Shown here: positions 42,659 to 52,980 of the stretch, piece by piece | Layout of the letters: the number at the start of each line of letters is the position of its first letter | How positions within the stretch are numbered: position 1 is the first letter of the stretch | Source of the DNA: Trichomonas gallinae | Taxonomy: Eukaryota | Reading direction: 5' to 3' | Length of the DNA: 58,937 nucleotides | NCBI GenBank assembly: GCA_008369845.1 | Contig: MRSU01000696.1 | Coordinates: forward strand, 1 to 58,937 | Program-made: the position numbers and the translations under genes | Notes under the pieces: generated by a model | What the model was told of the DNA's origin: nothing | The model's input: only the letters and a program-made list of their open reading frames with translations | The model's database searches: none

Positions 42659-44839
42659 ATGGGTTGCGCCCACTCTAAAGAATCCCCTCAGGTTGCGCAG
42701 ACCCAGAGAATCCAGCGTGTGCTGTCTACTAAAAGCGGCCAACTGGTCAAACTCGATATGAATGACCCGAAAACCGAATTATTGATTCAATTTACAACAA
42801 TAACAGAAGGAATCGAATCAATTGTCTGCCCGCCAGGCATGGTTCCTATCGCTATATTAGAGTCACAGTGCTTCTGCATAGCTACTGCGCCACTTACAAT
42901 AAATGTTGATGAAGAAACTAACGTTAAATTGCCTATTATAGCGGCATCCATTACTAGACCAGGTAAAATAATCTGCCTCGGTCATATTCAGATGCTTTCC
43001 AATTATTATATATCGAAAAATTCATATTCTACTTTCTTCCACAATTTATTTATCTGGCTTACGTCGAAACAGCTTCTCACATCGAAAGTCCTCCTCCTCA
43101 ACATCAATGATAGATATGAATCCCAGCTCGCAAAAATCATCCGATCTTTCGGTTTCATTGTAGATGTTGGCGACTTCAAGAAAGACTTCAACCAGTTCAA
43201 TTTGATCATTATAGCCAGCACACTCAAGTTGGATGGCGATGATATGGCTAAATTGTTAAATTATTCGAATAATGGCGGCTCTATTTGCTGCTGCTACTCG
43301 CCGTCGTTTTCAACAGATGAGGAGTGCTTCAATGTCAATCCGTTACTCTTAGAATTCGGACTTTCATTCATGGATTGCGCGATTAACTCAGAAACAAGTG
43401 AACCAATCAAAACAAACATACCACCAACCTTCGATCTCGTCAAAAACAAGCCTCTTCCTCAAATGGTTACAATGTTTAAGGAATTAATGGCTTTTAATAA
43501 TCCAGATTCGGAATTAATCGATGATTTCGTTACAGAATTACGCTATGTTTGCCTATCATGCAAGGGAAGATACAGCAACGTGCTTTCGGACATCCTTTCA
43601 GTTTGCTGGGATTATTTATCTCAACATCCATTCAGAAATGAAGAAGGCGAGCTTGATCCTAACATAGTGCAAAATATCATCATAGTTCTTATCATTGATG
43701 TATACAACCAGCTGCCAATCGAAAAACTTTCTGTTATTCCTGATTGTTCAACTTTCCCAGGCTTAGCTAAGATCAGAGAATTCAAAGAATACAACATTAC
43801 TCTTCCTGTATTTGAGCAAACACTGCATTCTACAGGTCTATGGCTTCCTCCTGGCGTAATCGGAACAGTAACCATTCATAATGACACAACAGACAACATC
43901 GCCATACAGATTGGCGCTCATTCTCAGTCCCTTGTATCACAGCCGCCACCTTGGAAGCGCTGGCCACACGTCGTTGCCGCATTCAAAGCAAATGCAGGAT
44001 CTACAGAGATTTTTTCGCAATTCGGAGGTATGGTGTTCATTGGTGTCGCTGAGTCGAGTCTAAAGGAGCTAAATATTACGTTCACTAACTGTACAAAATA
44101 TCCTAGATATCTGAAATCCGATCCAAAAATCTTCGAGGAGACCAAAGGCTTTGATGTTCCATGGGCAGAAATCACGTCCAATCTCCTCAATATGGTTATA
44201 CCTACAGAAGAGTTCTTGAAGATTTACGATCTAAAGCAAGTCTGCGATTTCTATGACGGCTACATTGATCGTATCGTCAAAATCATGAACTACAACATTC
44301 CGCGCCAGTTCCGCGTTGTTTTCGACACGCAAACACCAGACGAGCAGCCTGTCCCTGGTTATCCAATAACGATGCAACTCGACGCGTTGAATAACATCTT
44401 ATATAACTTGGAAGAGCCGAACTGTGACTTGTACAATTTATTGACTGCAATCGCCACGTCGTGCTTGAGGGAAGGCTACTTCGACAGTGAGACAGAGAGA
44501 GCTCTCTCGCAGATTGTCGTCGCTCAAATATTCATGGACAAGTACGACGGTTTTGACGTTGAGTCAGATCAATCGTTTGAGATCACGCAGTTATTCCACG
44601 AGTTGTGGAGGATACACAGGAAGATCAACAACCAGGCCTTGTTCCAGATCATCAGGGAGTCAATGAATCCGGATGGGCCAGAGTATTATGATGACGAAGA
44701 AAGATGGACTGCATTCACAAGAGATTTGAGTCACATCACGCAGTTCAACTTCACTAAGATCTTCGAAAGACTGAAGAGAATTCCTCTTAACATCTCCGCT
44801 GACCTTGAGATGTTCCCCAACTGCCCTGATGATGAGTAA
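42659..44839 (+). CDS. M60-like / TCAF (FAM115)-type protein lacking the HEXXH motif
   Basis: HSTGLWLPPG, QIGAHS, FGGMVFI, PWAEI, GYPI, with no HEXXH. The likely start is MGCAHS at 42659; the upstream in-frame ATG 42500 lies in UTR-like AT-rich DNA. Confidence 0.8.
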   Translation: MGCAHSKESPQVAQTQRIQRVLSTKSGQLVKLDMNDPKTELLIQFTTITEGIESIVCPPGMVPIAILESQCFCIATAPLTINVDEETNVKLPIIAASITRPGKIICLGHIQMLSNYYISKNSYSTFFHNLFIWLTSKQLLTSKVLLLNINDRYESQLAKIIRSFGFIVDVGDFKKDFNQFNLIIIASTLKLDGDDMAKLLNYSNNGGSICCCYSPSFSTDEECFNVNPLLLEFGLSFMDCAINSETSEPIKTNIPPTFDLVKNKPLPQMVTMFKELMAFNNPDSELIDDFVTELRYVCLSCKGRYSNVLSDILSVCWDYLSQHPFRNEEGELDPNIVQNIIIVLIIDVYNQLPIEKLSVIPDCSTFPGLAKIREFKEYNITLPVFEQTLHSTGLWLPPGVIGTVTIHNDTTDNIAIQIGAHSQSLVSQPPPWKRWPHVVAAFKANAGSTEIFSQFGGMVFIGVAESSLKELNITFTNCTKYPRYLKSDPKIFEETKGFDVPWAEITSNLLNMVIPTEEFLKIYDLKQVCDFYDGYIDRIVKIMNYNIPRQFRVVFDTQTPDEQPVPGYPITMQLDALNNILYNLEEPNCDLYNLLTAIATSCLREGYFDSETERALSQIVVAQIFMDKYDGFDVESDQSFEITQLFHELWRIHRKINNQALFQIIRESMNPDGPEYYDDEERWTAFTRDLSHITQFNFTKIFERLKRIPLNISADLEMFPNCPDDE

Positions 44840-45281
44840 CTTTGTTTTATTTTTGTTTTTAATAATTTGATAAATATGTGTTTATTCATAACTTATTATA
44901 GCCAGCAATTTATAATTATTACGTGTTTAACCCATCACATTTGAGATCATAAAGAAGCCAAAGATGCAGCTAATAGTGCAATATTTCAACCGAGTGTGAA
45001 TTTTTTATATAGATTCGAGATTTTCAAATTGTTAACAAAGTATTTTGTAAAAAAGAGAATAATTAAGATAAAAAACAGTACTATTCATGCGAGCCTTTAT
45101 TAAAATAGACAATGAACAAAATTGTATCAAAAGAATATGATACTAACTAGCTTTGAGATAAATAAAGTTAATTAAATCTATTTTGGTCTCGTAATAGAAC
45201 TAATATATAAGATATTGTATGGAAATGGTGCAAAAACAAATATGAGAATGGTAATTATTGAATAAAAAGTAAAGTAGAGCT

Positions 45282-45605
45282 CTATTTTGTAGGATTCTCG
45301 ATTGGTACTTGCTTTTTTGACAGTGTTTCTTTGATAAATTTTGATGTTGTCTGTTTAAGATCTTTTGGAAGACTAGAAATCGCATGATCTCGTATTTTTT
45401 CTGCGACAATTTCTGGTGTGAGCTCTTCTATGTTTTCGTTTGACATAACTTTCAGGCTCATTCCTTTAACGTCTTCTCTCCAATTGGATTTATTTACAGC
45501 CTCCTTGATGAGATTCCTCACTTTGTCGATGTCACCATCAGCCTCGAGTTGCTTGAGAATTTTGTCCCTGTAGATCTTGATTTGTTCTTCGCGAGATTCA
45601 GTCAT
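45282..45605 (-). CDS. ENY2: Transcription and mRNA export factor ENY2/Sus1-like
   Basis: I.KQLEADGDIDKVRNLI.....SNWREDVK...LTPE.V...IRDHA.SSLP.DLK. First ATG at 45605. Confidence 0.82.
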   Translation of the reverse strand: MTESREEQIKIYRDKILKQLEADGDIDKVRNLIKEAVNKSNWREDVKGMSLKVMSNENIEELTPEIVAEKIRDHAISSLPKDLKQTTSKFIKETLSKKQVPIENPTK

Positions 45606-45824
45606 TGGTTGTAATGAAAAAAGAACTTTTGACAAGTGTCATATTTAATAGTTTACATAGCAAATTTTATATTTTACATGTCGAATTTTATCTCACTTTA
45701 ATTTCATGATATTTGAAGGTCTCTTTATTAGTTAGTATAGTGAGACTCAGTCGTTGTAAAAAGCGACATTCAAATTTAACCTTTATTTGATAAATAATAA
45801 ATAAATAAAAAAAATGAAAACAAA

Positions 45825-47813
45825 TTATTTGTCTGCCTTAAAGTACTCGACGAAATACTTGTACTCTTCGATGACGCTCTCTTCTTCGATGCATCTTCTC
45901 CAAGCTTCGTAGTCGATGAGATCAGCAAGTTCATCGAGATCAAATGGCTTTGGATCACCGAGTGGCTTAGGTGGTGTGTTCTTGGAAAGGCCTCTGGCCT
46001 GGACGAATGAGTCACTTGTGACAGGTAAAGGCATCATCTCATCTGGCTTGATGTTCTCGAGGATATAAGCAACTGTTTCATCTGGGATATTTGCGCAGAT
46101 TTTATCTTTGAAGTCCGGGTTTTCTGCAACCTGTGAAGAAAGTGTGAGCAAGTGACAAACTTGTTTTGCGACCTCGAACGAGACTTTGAATGAGTAATCC
46201 TTCTTGTCGTTGATAATTCCATGCTCTTCTTCGCCTTCCTTCTTCTCTGGTTCTTCCTTCAACATGGCTGTTTCTGCCATTGTGAAGAAACCTGAATAAA
46301 GAGAGCCAGCCTTGGAGTTGAAACGTAATGGTGTCTCAGCGATCTTCTGAGCGAACTTGTAATCGACCATTTTAACGAAGTAGCGCAACATATAATTGTC
46401 AACGAGTGGATATTGTTGTCTGATCTTCTTTTCAGTACCATTAAATACTTTGACGAAGTCATCGACAAGCTGATTCATCTGGAATCTTGTTGAAGAAAGT
46501 CTGTTAACGATAACATTGAAATCATCAAGATAAAACTTGAGCATTCCATTCATTGAACTGAAGAGAATTGGAACCATCTTGCTGAGGAATTGATCAACGA
46601 GAGGCAATTTCCTCTTGCGGGCGTAAAGTATTACGATCGCATACGTGTATAAGCGGTGAATGTACCAGCAGTTATTCTGTAGTGGAGAATTTACGATGAA
46701 GTTAACGAAAGCGTTGAGGCACTGCTCGTGAACAAGAACTTGGCAATGCATCATTGTTGCGCAGAACGGAAGGGCAGCTGGTGGGCATGCAATATCGTCG
46801 TTTTCGTCGATTGTTGCTGTATGCTGGTAAGGTGGCCATGGTCTGAGGAGAACTTTCTGTATAAGTAAAGCAAACTTGTTAATTTTGTCTTCGTCGACTT
46901 CTGGTGGAGGTTCTTCGTACTCAGATTCCTCATACGATGAGTAGTAGCTGGATTCTTCTTCAGCTTGCTTCTTCTTGAGTTCGACATCTTCTGAGATTGG
47001 CAGAAGTGGCGTATTTTCATCGATTGGCTTAGGCATCATCGATGGCTCTTTACCTTCCGTCTGGGTTAAATCCATTGACTTGTCTTCTTCCTTCGCTGTA
47101 TCGTCTTTTGGAATCTTGTCGGAAGATAAGATCTGGGATGTCGCGCGGCTATACCTGACGAATGAACCACGCTTTCTTGGCTCCAAAACATCTTCGACAT
47201 CAGCTTTTTCGATTTCTGGTGGGGCATCTCCCTTCTTTTCTTCGCCTTCTGGCTTCTCATCTTTCTTATCCTCTCCCTCTTTCTTGGCGTCTGACTTGTC
47301 CCAGTCTTCGAGCTTGACTTTTGGATTTGGATTCTCTTCTTCGTGGACTTCTGGTTCGATAGCCAGTGGCTTCATGCTGTATGTTGGATTGTAGTCTTTA
47401 GGAATCGGCTGATATGAGAAAGAAATGTGAATAACAGGAGGAATTGACCTTCCGGATTCCATTTCCTTAGTAACAATGTTTGGTTTCTCATTTTTATAGA
47501 ATTCAGCAACATTTATAGAGACTCTGCCATAAAACTTGACCTCTTTGTCCTCTGTGTGTCTTCTGAGTAAAAATTCGACAATTTTCGGACGCACTGATTT
47601 GTCTTTCTTGTTGATAAACATGGTAACTGGCACACTAAAGTTTTCTTCGTATTTTAGCCTGCCTTTCTTGTCGGGGCGGAGTTTGTCGGTCAATGACGCA
47701 TTATTTCCTCTATGCCATGCAATATCAAAGTCATTTTGTAATTTAGGAGGCACCAGGGCGGCGTGGACCTTAAAGTATAAAGTTTCGTTAACTTTTTCCC
47801 ACTTCCAAAACAT
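45825..47813 (-). CDS. NT-type C2 domain (EEIG1/EHBP1-like) protein with C-terminal Dilute-like helical domain
   Basis: IAWHRG, YEENFSVPVTM, FYGRVSINVAEF (NT-C2), then an acidic linker, then ICANIP...V.YILENIKPDEM (DIL-like). Confidence 0.7.
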   Translation of the reverse strand: MFWKWEKVNETLYFKVHAALVPPKLQNDFDIAWHRGNNASLTDKLRPDKKGRLKYEENFSVPVTMFINKKDKSVRPKIVEFLLRRHTEDKEVKFYGRVSINVAEFYKNEKPNIVTKEMESGRSIPPVIHISFSYQPIPKDYNPTYSMKPLAIEPEVHEEENPNPKVKLEDWDKSDAKKEGEDKKDEKPEGEEKKGDAPPEIEKADVEDVLEPRKRGSFVRYSRATSQILSSDKIPKDDTAKEEDKSMDLTQTEGKEPSMMPKPIDENTPLLPISEDVELKKKQAEEESSYYSSYEESEYEEPPPEVDEDKINKFALLIQKVLLRPWPPYQHTATIDENDDIACPPAALPFCATMMHCQVLVHEQCLNAFVNFIVNSPLQNNCWYIHRLYTYAIVILYARKRKLPLVDQFLSKMVPILFSSMNGMLKFYLDDFNVIVNRLSSTRFQMNQLVDDFVKVFNGTEKKIRQQYPLVDNYMLRYFVKMVDYKFAQKIAETPLRFNSKAGSLYSGFFTMAETAMLKEEPEKKEGEEEHGIINDKKDYSFKVSFEVAKQVCHLLTLSSQVAENPDFKDKICANIPDETVAYILENIKPDEMMPLPVTSDSFVQARGLSKNTPPKPLGDPKPFDLDELADLIDYEAWRRCIEEESVIEEYKYFVEYFKADK

Positions 47814-48384
47814 TAAGGTCTATTTTATACTTCCTGATGAAAAGTGACAGGAATAAAAATTTGTTGCTTTCATTTATCTGTGTTTGTGAGGTGAAAAATT
47901 ATTGTGGATTTTGGATCTACAGAGCCCATAATTCGGTTATATTCGTAAGAGGGCTGCGCCATTGCCAAATCATGTAAAGATTGTGCAAGTTTTTTTTATC
48001 ATTTTTATTATTCATTTGATCATTTTGTTTTCCTGCTAATATAATGAAAAATTAAATAATTTATATTATTTGATAATATAATTGGAATGCTTTAGTTCTG
48101 ATTATGTGTCGATTTTTTTCTCATTAACATTCAAAATCTTGAAAATCTAAAATATTAAGACTTAGAAAGTGAATTATATTTAAGATCATTCTAAGGTTGC
48201 TGTTGCTCAGTGTCAAAACTTCTAACTATAACAATTTTCCACTAAAAATATTCAAAAAACAAAAAATTTTGCTTATTTAAACTTAATATGGTTTTATAAA
48301 TTGATATTTCATTTAAATTTGATGTAAAAAAAGTTTCCAAGGAATTTACAATTTTGTCACTTTTTAGATTTTTTTTGAGTTTTT

Positions 48385-49239
48385 ATGTCTAATTCTTGGA
48401 CAGAAGCAGATGATAATTTGCTAAAACAGCTTGTCTCTGAGTACCAGAAACAGTGGAGTGTCATTGCTGCTCATTTTCCAAACAAAACCCCTTCACAAGT
48501 CGCTTCAAGATGGGAAAAATACTTAGATCCTAATCTCATCAAAGGTGCCTTCACTGAAGAAGAAGATAATCTCATTCGCCAATTTGTTGCTGTTCATGGA
48601 CCACGCTGTTGGCAGCAAGTTACTGAATTCGTTCCAATGCGCTCTGCTAAACAGTGCAGAGAGCGTTGGTTCAATCACCTTGATCCAACTGTTGTTAATA
48701 AAGATTGGACGCCTGAAGAAGATCAGGTAATTTTCGAGCGTCACCAACAAATTGGTCCTAAGTGGGCTCTAATCTCTCGCCAGCTTCCTGGAAGAACTGA
48801 TAATGCAATCAAAAACCGATGGAATGCATCTATATCAAAGAGAATCAAAACAGATGAAAATGGAGTTGAATATCTTGCTCCTGATACATCGAAACGCAAA
48901 CGTCGCGTTGCAAAACAGTTGCGCTCTCGTCCTACGCCTATTCGCACGGTTACACCTGAAACGATGACAGCGCCGAAGCCTCTAAGGTCTTCAACACCTC
49001 CACCACCACCATTACATGATGATGAAATATCACAGTTCATACAGCCGATTGATAATTCCGGGTTTGTTGATATTTCACCACAAGGATCTTTCATGTTGAT
49101 GAGTCCTGCAAAAATATCTCCATTTGGATTCAGTCCTACTGCTGGAATTAGCCCGAATTCCCCATTCCGTAACTTCTTCAAATCTCCAGGCGCCGATGAT
49201 TTTGTTTATGAATCTTTTGATTCACCAATGTTCCAGTAA
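48385..49239 (+). CDS. R1R2R3 Myb-like DNA-binding protein
   Basis: WTEADD..L, KGAFTEEED, RSAKQCRERWFNHLDP, WTPEED, GPKWALIS..LPGRTDNAIKNRWN. SP/TP-rich tail. Confidence 0.95.
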   Translation: MSNSWTEADDNLLKQLVSEYQKQWSVIAAHFPNKTPSQVASRWEKYLDPNLIKGAFTEEEDNLIRQFVAVHGPRCWQQVTEFVPMRSAKQCRERWFNHLDPTVVNKDWTPEEDQVIFERHQQIGPKWALISRQLPGRTDNAIKNRWNASISKRIKTDENGVEYLAPDTSKRKRRVAKQLRSRPTPIRTVTPETMTAPKPLRSSTPPPPPLHDDEISQFIQPIDNSGFVDISPQGSFMLMSPAKISPFGFSPTAGISPNSPFRNFFKSPGADDFVYESFDSPMFQ

Positions 49240-49627
49240 TTAATCAATTAGTTGTATTAAAGTGTTTTTTCATGATTTTCTAATCCAATTATCTCATTAT
49301 TTCATTCTTCGAAGATAATGATTTTAGTTTTCGTTCAAAATCTCTTTGGAATACAGTGTTAGATAGTGATGCTATCAAATTACTGCTTATTATGCATAAT
49401 TTTATATTTGCATGAATTAATGAATAATTTTGTATGTTAATCATGTTTACTGTGATTGATATCGTAATATCTATGGAAAATATTGCAAGGATAAAGTGGA
49501 ATTATGATGGATACTGTTATGATTCAAAATTTTTAAGAAAACATGAATATGAATATATCTGGGCAACAAAATAGCAAGTAGGATATATATATACATTTGA
49601 TAGCTCTGTATTTTTGGAAGAAATAAT

Positions 49628-50674
49628 TTAATCTATAATGATATTATCGATACCAAGGACATCAATTCCTAAAAATGAACTGTAGGACAGATAAAAAATT
49701 AGGACAAGCGACAAGATCATCGCATACACGTTTTTATGAATTCTCGAGATAGTTTTTGCTGCTGCAAATAACAAGGCGATCTCCATTTCCTTATAAACAG
49801 TATCTACCTTTGAATTACCTCTATAAGAACGTGGAATATAAATAATTAATAAAGCAAGCCAGATAAATGAATTCCTGATATAGACTCCACTAACAATAAG
49901 TGAAAGAAGAAGAGATATAATGAGACCTGGACAGTGCGATTGTGCTTCAAAAACAATTTCCGCAATATTTGTTTTTTCAAGATCATTTTCTTCTCCAGAA
50001 ATAATATGGATTAAAAATGATGTCAGATACATGAATACATATGCAACAATAACCATAATAAACTTAGATATTTCGGTGTATCTTGTTTGAAGAATCTTTT
50101 TCAGAATATATCTTACAACTTTCATTCCTGCATATCCATAAGGTAGTAAGCATGAAAATCCTGCAAGTGTCTGATTCAGGATTAAGTATGCAATTGGTGG
50201 GAGGAAAAGAATTATTAAATAAGCAATTTGATTATCGTCTTTGTTGATTGTGGAGATAATCAGAACGCATATTATAGTAATAAATGTCATTGGCCACATA
50301 GATAAGCTTGATTTCGCTGGCGCTGTTAAATAGTAATCAAATGTCATGACAATTGCGATTATTAAGGATACTATCATTTTCTTTGTCATATAGAACAAGA
50401 TAAGAAACATAATACTACTGACTGAAACCGAGAATTGCCAAATATATTCCATTTCGCCAACATTTTTGAAATTAACGTAATTTAATATAAATGTTAGAAC
50501 AGCTGTGATAATGGATCCAATCAAATACCAATAAATAACGTCAACAATTGAGAATTTCATTTCTATATTGTGGAGTTTTTCGAGTAATGTATCATTGAAT
50601 ACGGTGAATTTGTCTTCCTGTCGAACATTGTCGTTTTGATAGTCTAAATTATTTTCCCATTGGTCAAGCTGCAT
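49628..50674 (-). CDS. Hypothetical polytopic membrane protein
   Basis: 348-aa ORF with ~9-10 hydrophobic segments. No family motif recognised. Confidence 0.7.
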   Translation of the reverse strand: MQLDQWENNLDYQNDNVRQEDKFTVFNDTLLEKLHNIEMKFSIVDVIYWYLIGSIITAVLTFILNYVNFKNVGEMEYIWQFSVSVSSIMFLILFYMTKKMIVSLIIAIVMTFDYYLTAPAKSSLSMWPMTFITIICVLIISTINKDDNQIAYLIILFLPPIAYLILNQTLAGFSCLLPYGYAGMKVVRYILKKILQTRYTEISKFIMVIVAYVFMYLTSFLIHIISGEENDLEKTNIAEIVFEAQSHCPGLIISLLLSLIVSGVYIRNSFIWLALLIIYIPRSYRGNSKVDTVYKEMEIALLFAAAKTISRIHKNVYAMILSLVLIFYLSYSSFLGIDVLGIDNIIID

Positions 50675-50720
50675 TTACTGTGGAATATTTGTTTAATAAT
50701 GTGCACAAATTTTTCCCAAC

Positions 50721-50798
50721 AATTTGTCACGTAAAAATTTGAATTTGTATAATATTTGTCACGTAAATTTCTGAATTTAAAAATATTTGACACGTAAT
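50721..50798 (+). repeat. Three tandem ~31-bp units each carrying TTTG(T/A)CACGTAA
   Basis: TGTCACGTAAA 50725, TGTCACGTAAA 50757, TGACACGTAAT 50788, with a shared TGAATTT spacer. Located upstream of the membrane protein gene. Confidence 0.85.
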
Positions 50799-50946
50799 AC
50801 AAAAATTTGCCATATAAACAGCTGTCGAAAAAATTTCACGATTGTTTTATAGTTTTCATCTCTTTTAGAATATCAACTTTTCGATGCAAAAATGACAAAT
50901 ATATAAAAATAATAACAATTTTACAGATAATAAAACAAAAAACAAA

Positions 50947-52980
50947 TTATTTGTTAGATTTTCCGGATTTGCTTGACTTTCCAGACTTATTGGACTTCGT
51001 TGATCTTTTCGTCTCAAGTTTTTCTTTTGATTTCCTACTTTCTTCGCTGACTTGATCGATGAGGAAGAAAGGCTTAGATTCCTTGACCATGTATTCAGGC
51101 GGGACTTCGAATTCATCGAGAGTGTCAGGGTTCTTGATAGCTTCGTATATATCTTGAGTCATTTTTGTAATCTTCTCCAGTTCGCTCTTAAGTTTGTCTA
51201 TTTCAGCCCTTTCCGCGTCATTTTCTGTTATATTGTAATGATCTTTTTGCTGCATAGTTTCTTCCAGTTGGACGTTTTCAGCTGCAAGCTGGTCTGTACG
51301 CGCGAGGGTGTCCTTGTATTGCAGCTGGTAACCGACTTTGCCTTTGTCCCAGTCAGATTGCATGGTTTCCATTGCTTTTGTATCTTCGGCGATTAATTCG
51401 TTTGTGGAATTTATTGCCTTGTTTAGTTGGCTGATTTTTGAATCGAAATCAGATGTAGTCTTGTAGCTCTCTTGGTCCAGCTCAAAGTTTTTCTCAATGA
51501 GCTGATTTTTCTGTTCTTGAAGAGATTTTAGTTTGGCTTTCGCTTCTGGCATTTTTGTACGCTGGATTGATAACTGTATCAGCTGCTGCTTGAGTGGTGC
51601 ATGCTTTATTTCCTTCTTAAGCTGAGTGTTTCTGGTACATAATTCATTTATTGCAGAAATAACGAAATGATCGACTTGAGATGAAGAAATGTTGATAACT
51701 GTAAGATACTTGTTTTTGAAAAGGCATTCAAGGATTTGATATCCACAATCTTTGGTGATAAAATTATCTTGAAGATTTATTGATGTTAGATCTTTGTTTT
51801 CAACTAAAGCGTTTGTAACTTCTAGTGCGCCGACATCTGATATATGACAAGATGCTATTGATAATGAAGTTAAAGAAGTATTTTTTGTAATTGAAGCAGC
51901 AACAGCGCGAGCGCCAGCATCTGCTATGTGATTAGCAGAAATATCTAAAATAGTTAAAATATCGTTGAAAAGAATGAGATTTCGAATGGCTTCTGCACAT
52001 TGATGATTAATATTCGTGTTTGATACGAAAAATTCTGTGATTGTATTACAGTTTTCAATAGCATTGAATAATTGAGTCATTCCATCATTTCCTATTGGAT
52101 TGTTGGATAGATTTAATATAATTAGGTTAGTTCCTGCACTAATTGACTTTGCTAAGAATGCACCAGCCTTTCCATCCAAATTGCAGTTACTAATATCTAA
52201 AAAGTTCAAAGATTTAAGCTGATATAAATTTGTTGCAAATTGAACACCCGTGAATTCATCAAATATACATTTAGACATGGCAAGGTATCTCAATGATCTA
52301 TTTTTCAATATTCCATTTGAAACCAGCTCTGCGACATCTACAGAATTAAAATCACAGCCCGAGATATTCAAGGTTTTGATTAAATCATCATTTTCGAGGA
52401 AAAACGCTACATCACCAGCAATCGAATAACGTTTTGGTCCTTTCCTTGCACTAAGTTTTAAACCGCTTAAACCAAAACATTTGACTCTGTGGGCAATTCT
52501 TATCCTATGAAGTAGTTCAACAAGGAATTCAGGAGGAAACTTGTTTGTGTAGAAAACTGTATTATGATTTCCTAGTTGTATGCTGTCTAAAGCCGAATCT
52601 TTAACAATATCGAATAAAATTTGGTGTGATTGCTGTGAAAGATTGCATGAACCTAAATCAATTGATGTAATGTTATGATTTGCAATAAGATTTTGGTACA
52701 CTGTCAATAATCCATGATCACATACGTTATTTCCGTAGAGATTTAAACAATGGAAATCCTTGAACTGGCGAAGTAGTTTTGTCAACTGTGTCAATACTGT
52801 CATACCTGATTGCTGATTTTCTAAATTTAATATCCCGTATTTGTATCCATTCTTGACCTGCTTGAAAAAAAGGTCTCTTTCTGCATCAGTTGATATACCC
52901 ATGTTGTCCTTAACCTTCGCAGAGTACAAATAACGAATAGCTTCTAAAAAGTTATTCGAAATTTTACCCTTTGAAGACAT
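50947..52980 (-). CDS. RNI-like leucine-rich repeat protein with C-terminal coiled coil
   Basis: 28-residue repeats such as LIILNLSNNPIGNDG, LTILDISANHIADAGA, LTSLSIASCHISDVGA. Coiled coil and basic SKS/GKS tail. Confidence 0.9.
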   Translation of the reverse strand: MSSKGKISNNFLEAIRYLYSAKVKDNMGISTDAERDLFFKQVKNGYKYGILNLENQQSGMTVLTQLTKLLRQFKDFHCLNLYGNNVCDHGLLTVYQNLIANHNITSIDLGSCNLSQQSHQILFDIVKDSALDSIQLGNHNTVFYTNKFPPEFLVELLHRIRIAHRVKCFGLSGLKLSARKGPKRYSIAGDVAFFLENDDLIKTLNISGCDFNSVDVAELVSNGILKNRSLRYLAMSKCIFDEFTGVQFATNLYQLKSLNFLDISNCNLDGKAGAFLAKSISAGTNLIILNLSNNPIGNDGMTQLFNAIENCNTITEFFVSNTNINHQCAEAIRNLILFNDILTILDISANHIADAGARAVAASITKNTSLTSLSIASCHISDVGALEVTNALVENKDLTSINLQDNFITKDCGYQILECLFKNKYLTVINISSSQVDHFVISAINELCTRNTQLKKEIKHAPLKQQLIQLSIQRTKMPEAKAKLKSLQEQKNQLIEKNFELDQESYKTTSDFDSKISQLNKAINSTNELIAEDTKAMETMQSDWDKGKVGYQLQYKDTLARTDQLAAENVQLEETMQQKDHYNITENDAERAEIDKLKSELEKITKMTQDIYEAIKNPDTLDEFEVPPEYMVKESKPFFLIDQVSEESRKSKEKLETKRSTKSNKSGKSSKSGKSNK

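Noticed and set aside
47834..47840. CTGATGA as a hammerhead ribozyme core or C box
   Set aside because: No correctly placed GAAA/GUH with three stems, and no matching D box.
50721..50798. Short regularly spaced repeats as a CRISPR-like array
   Set aside because: Eukaryotic context, repeats only ~13 bp, spacers similar to each other, no cas genes.
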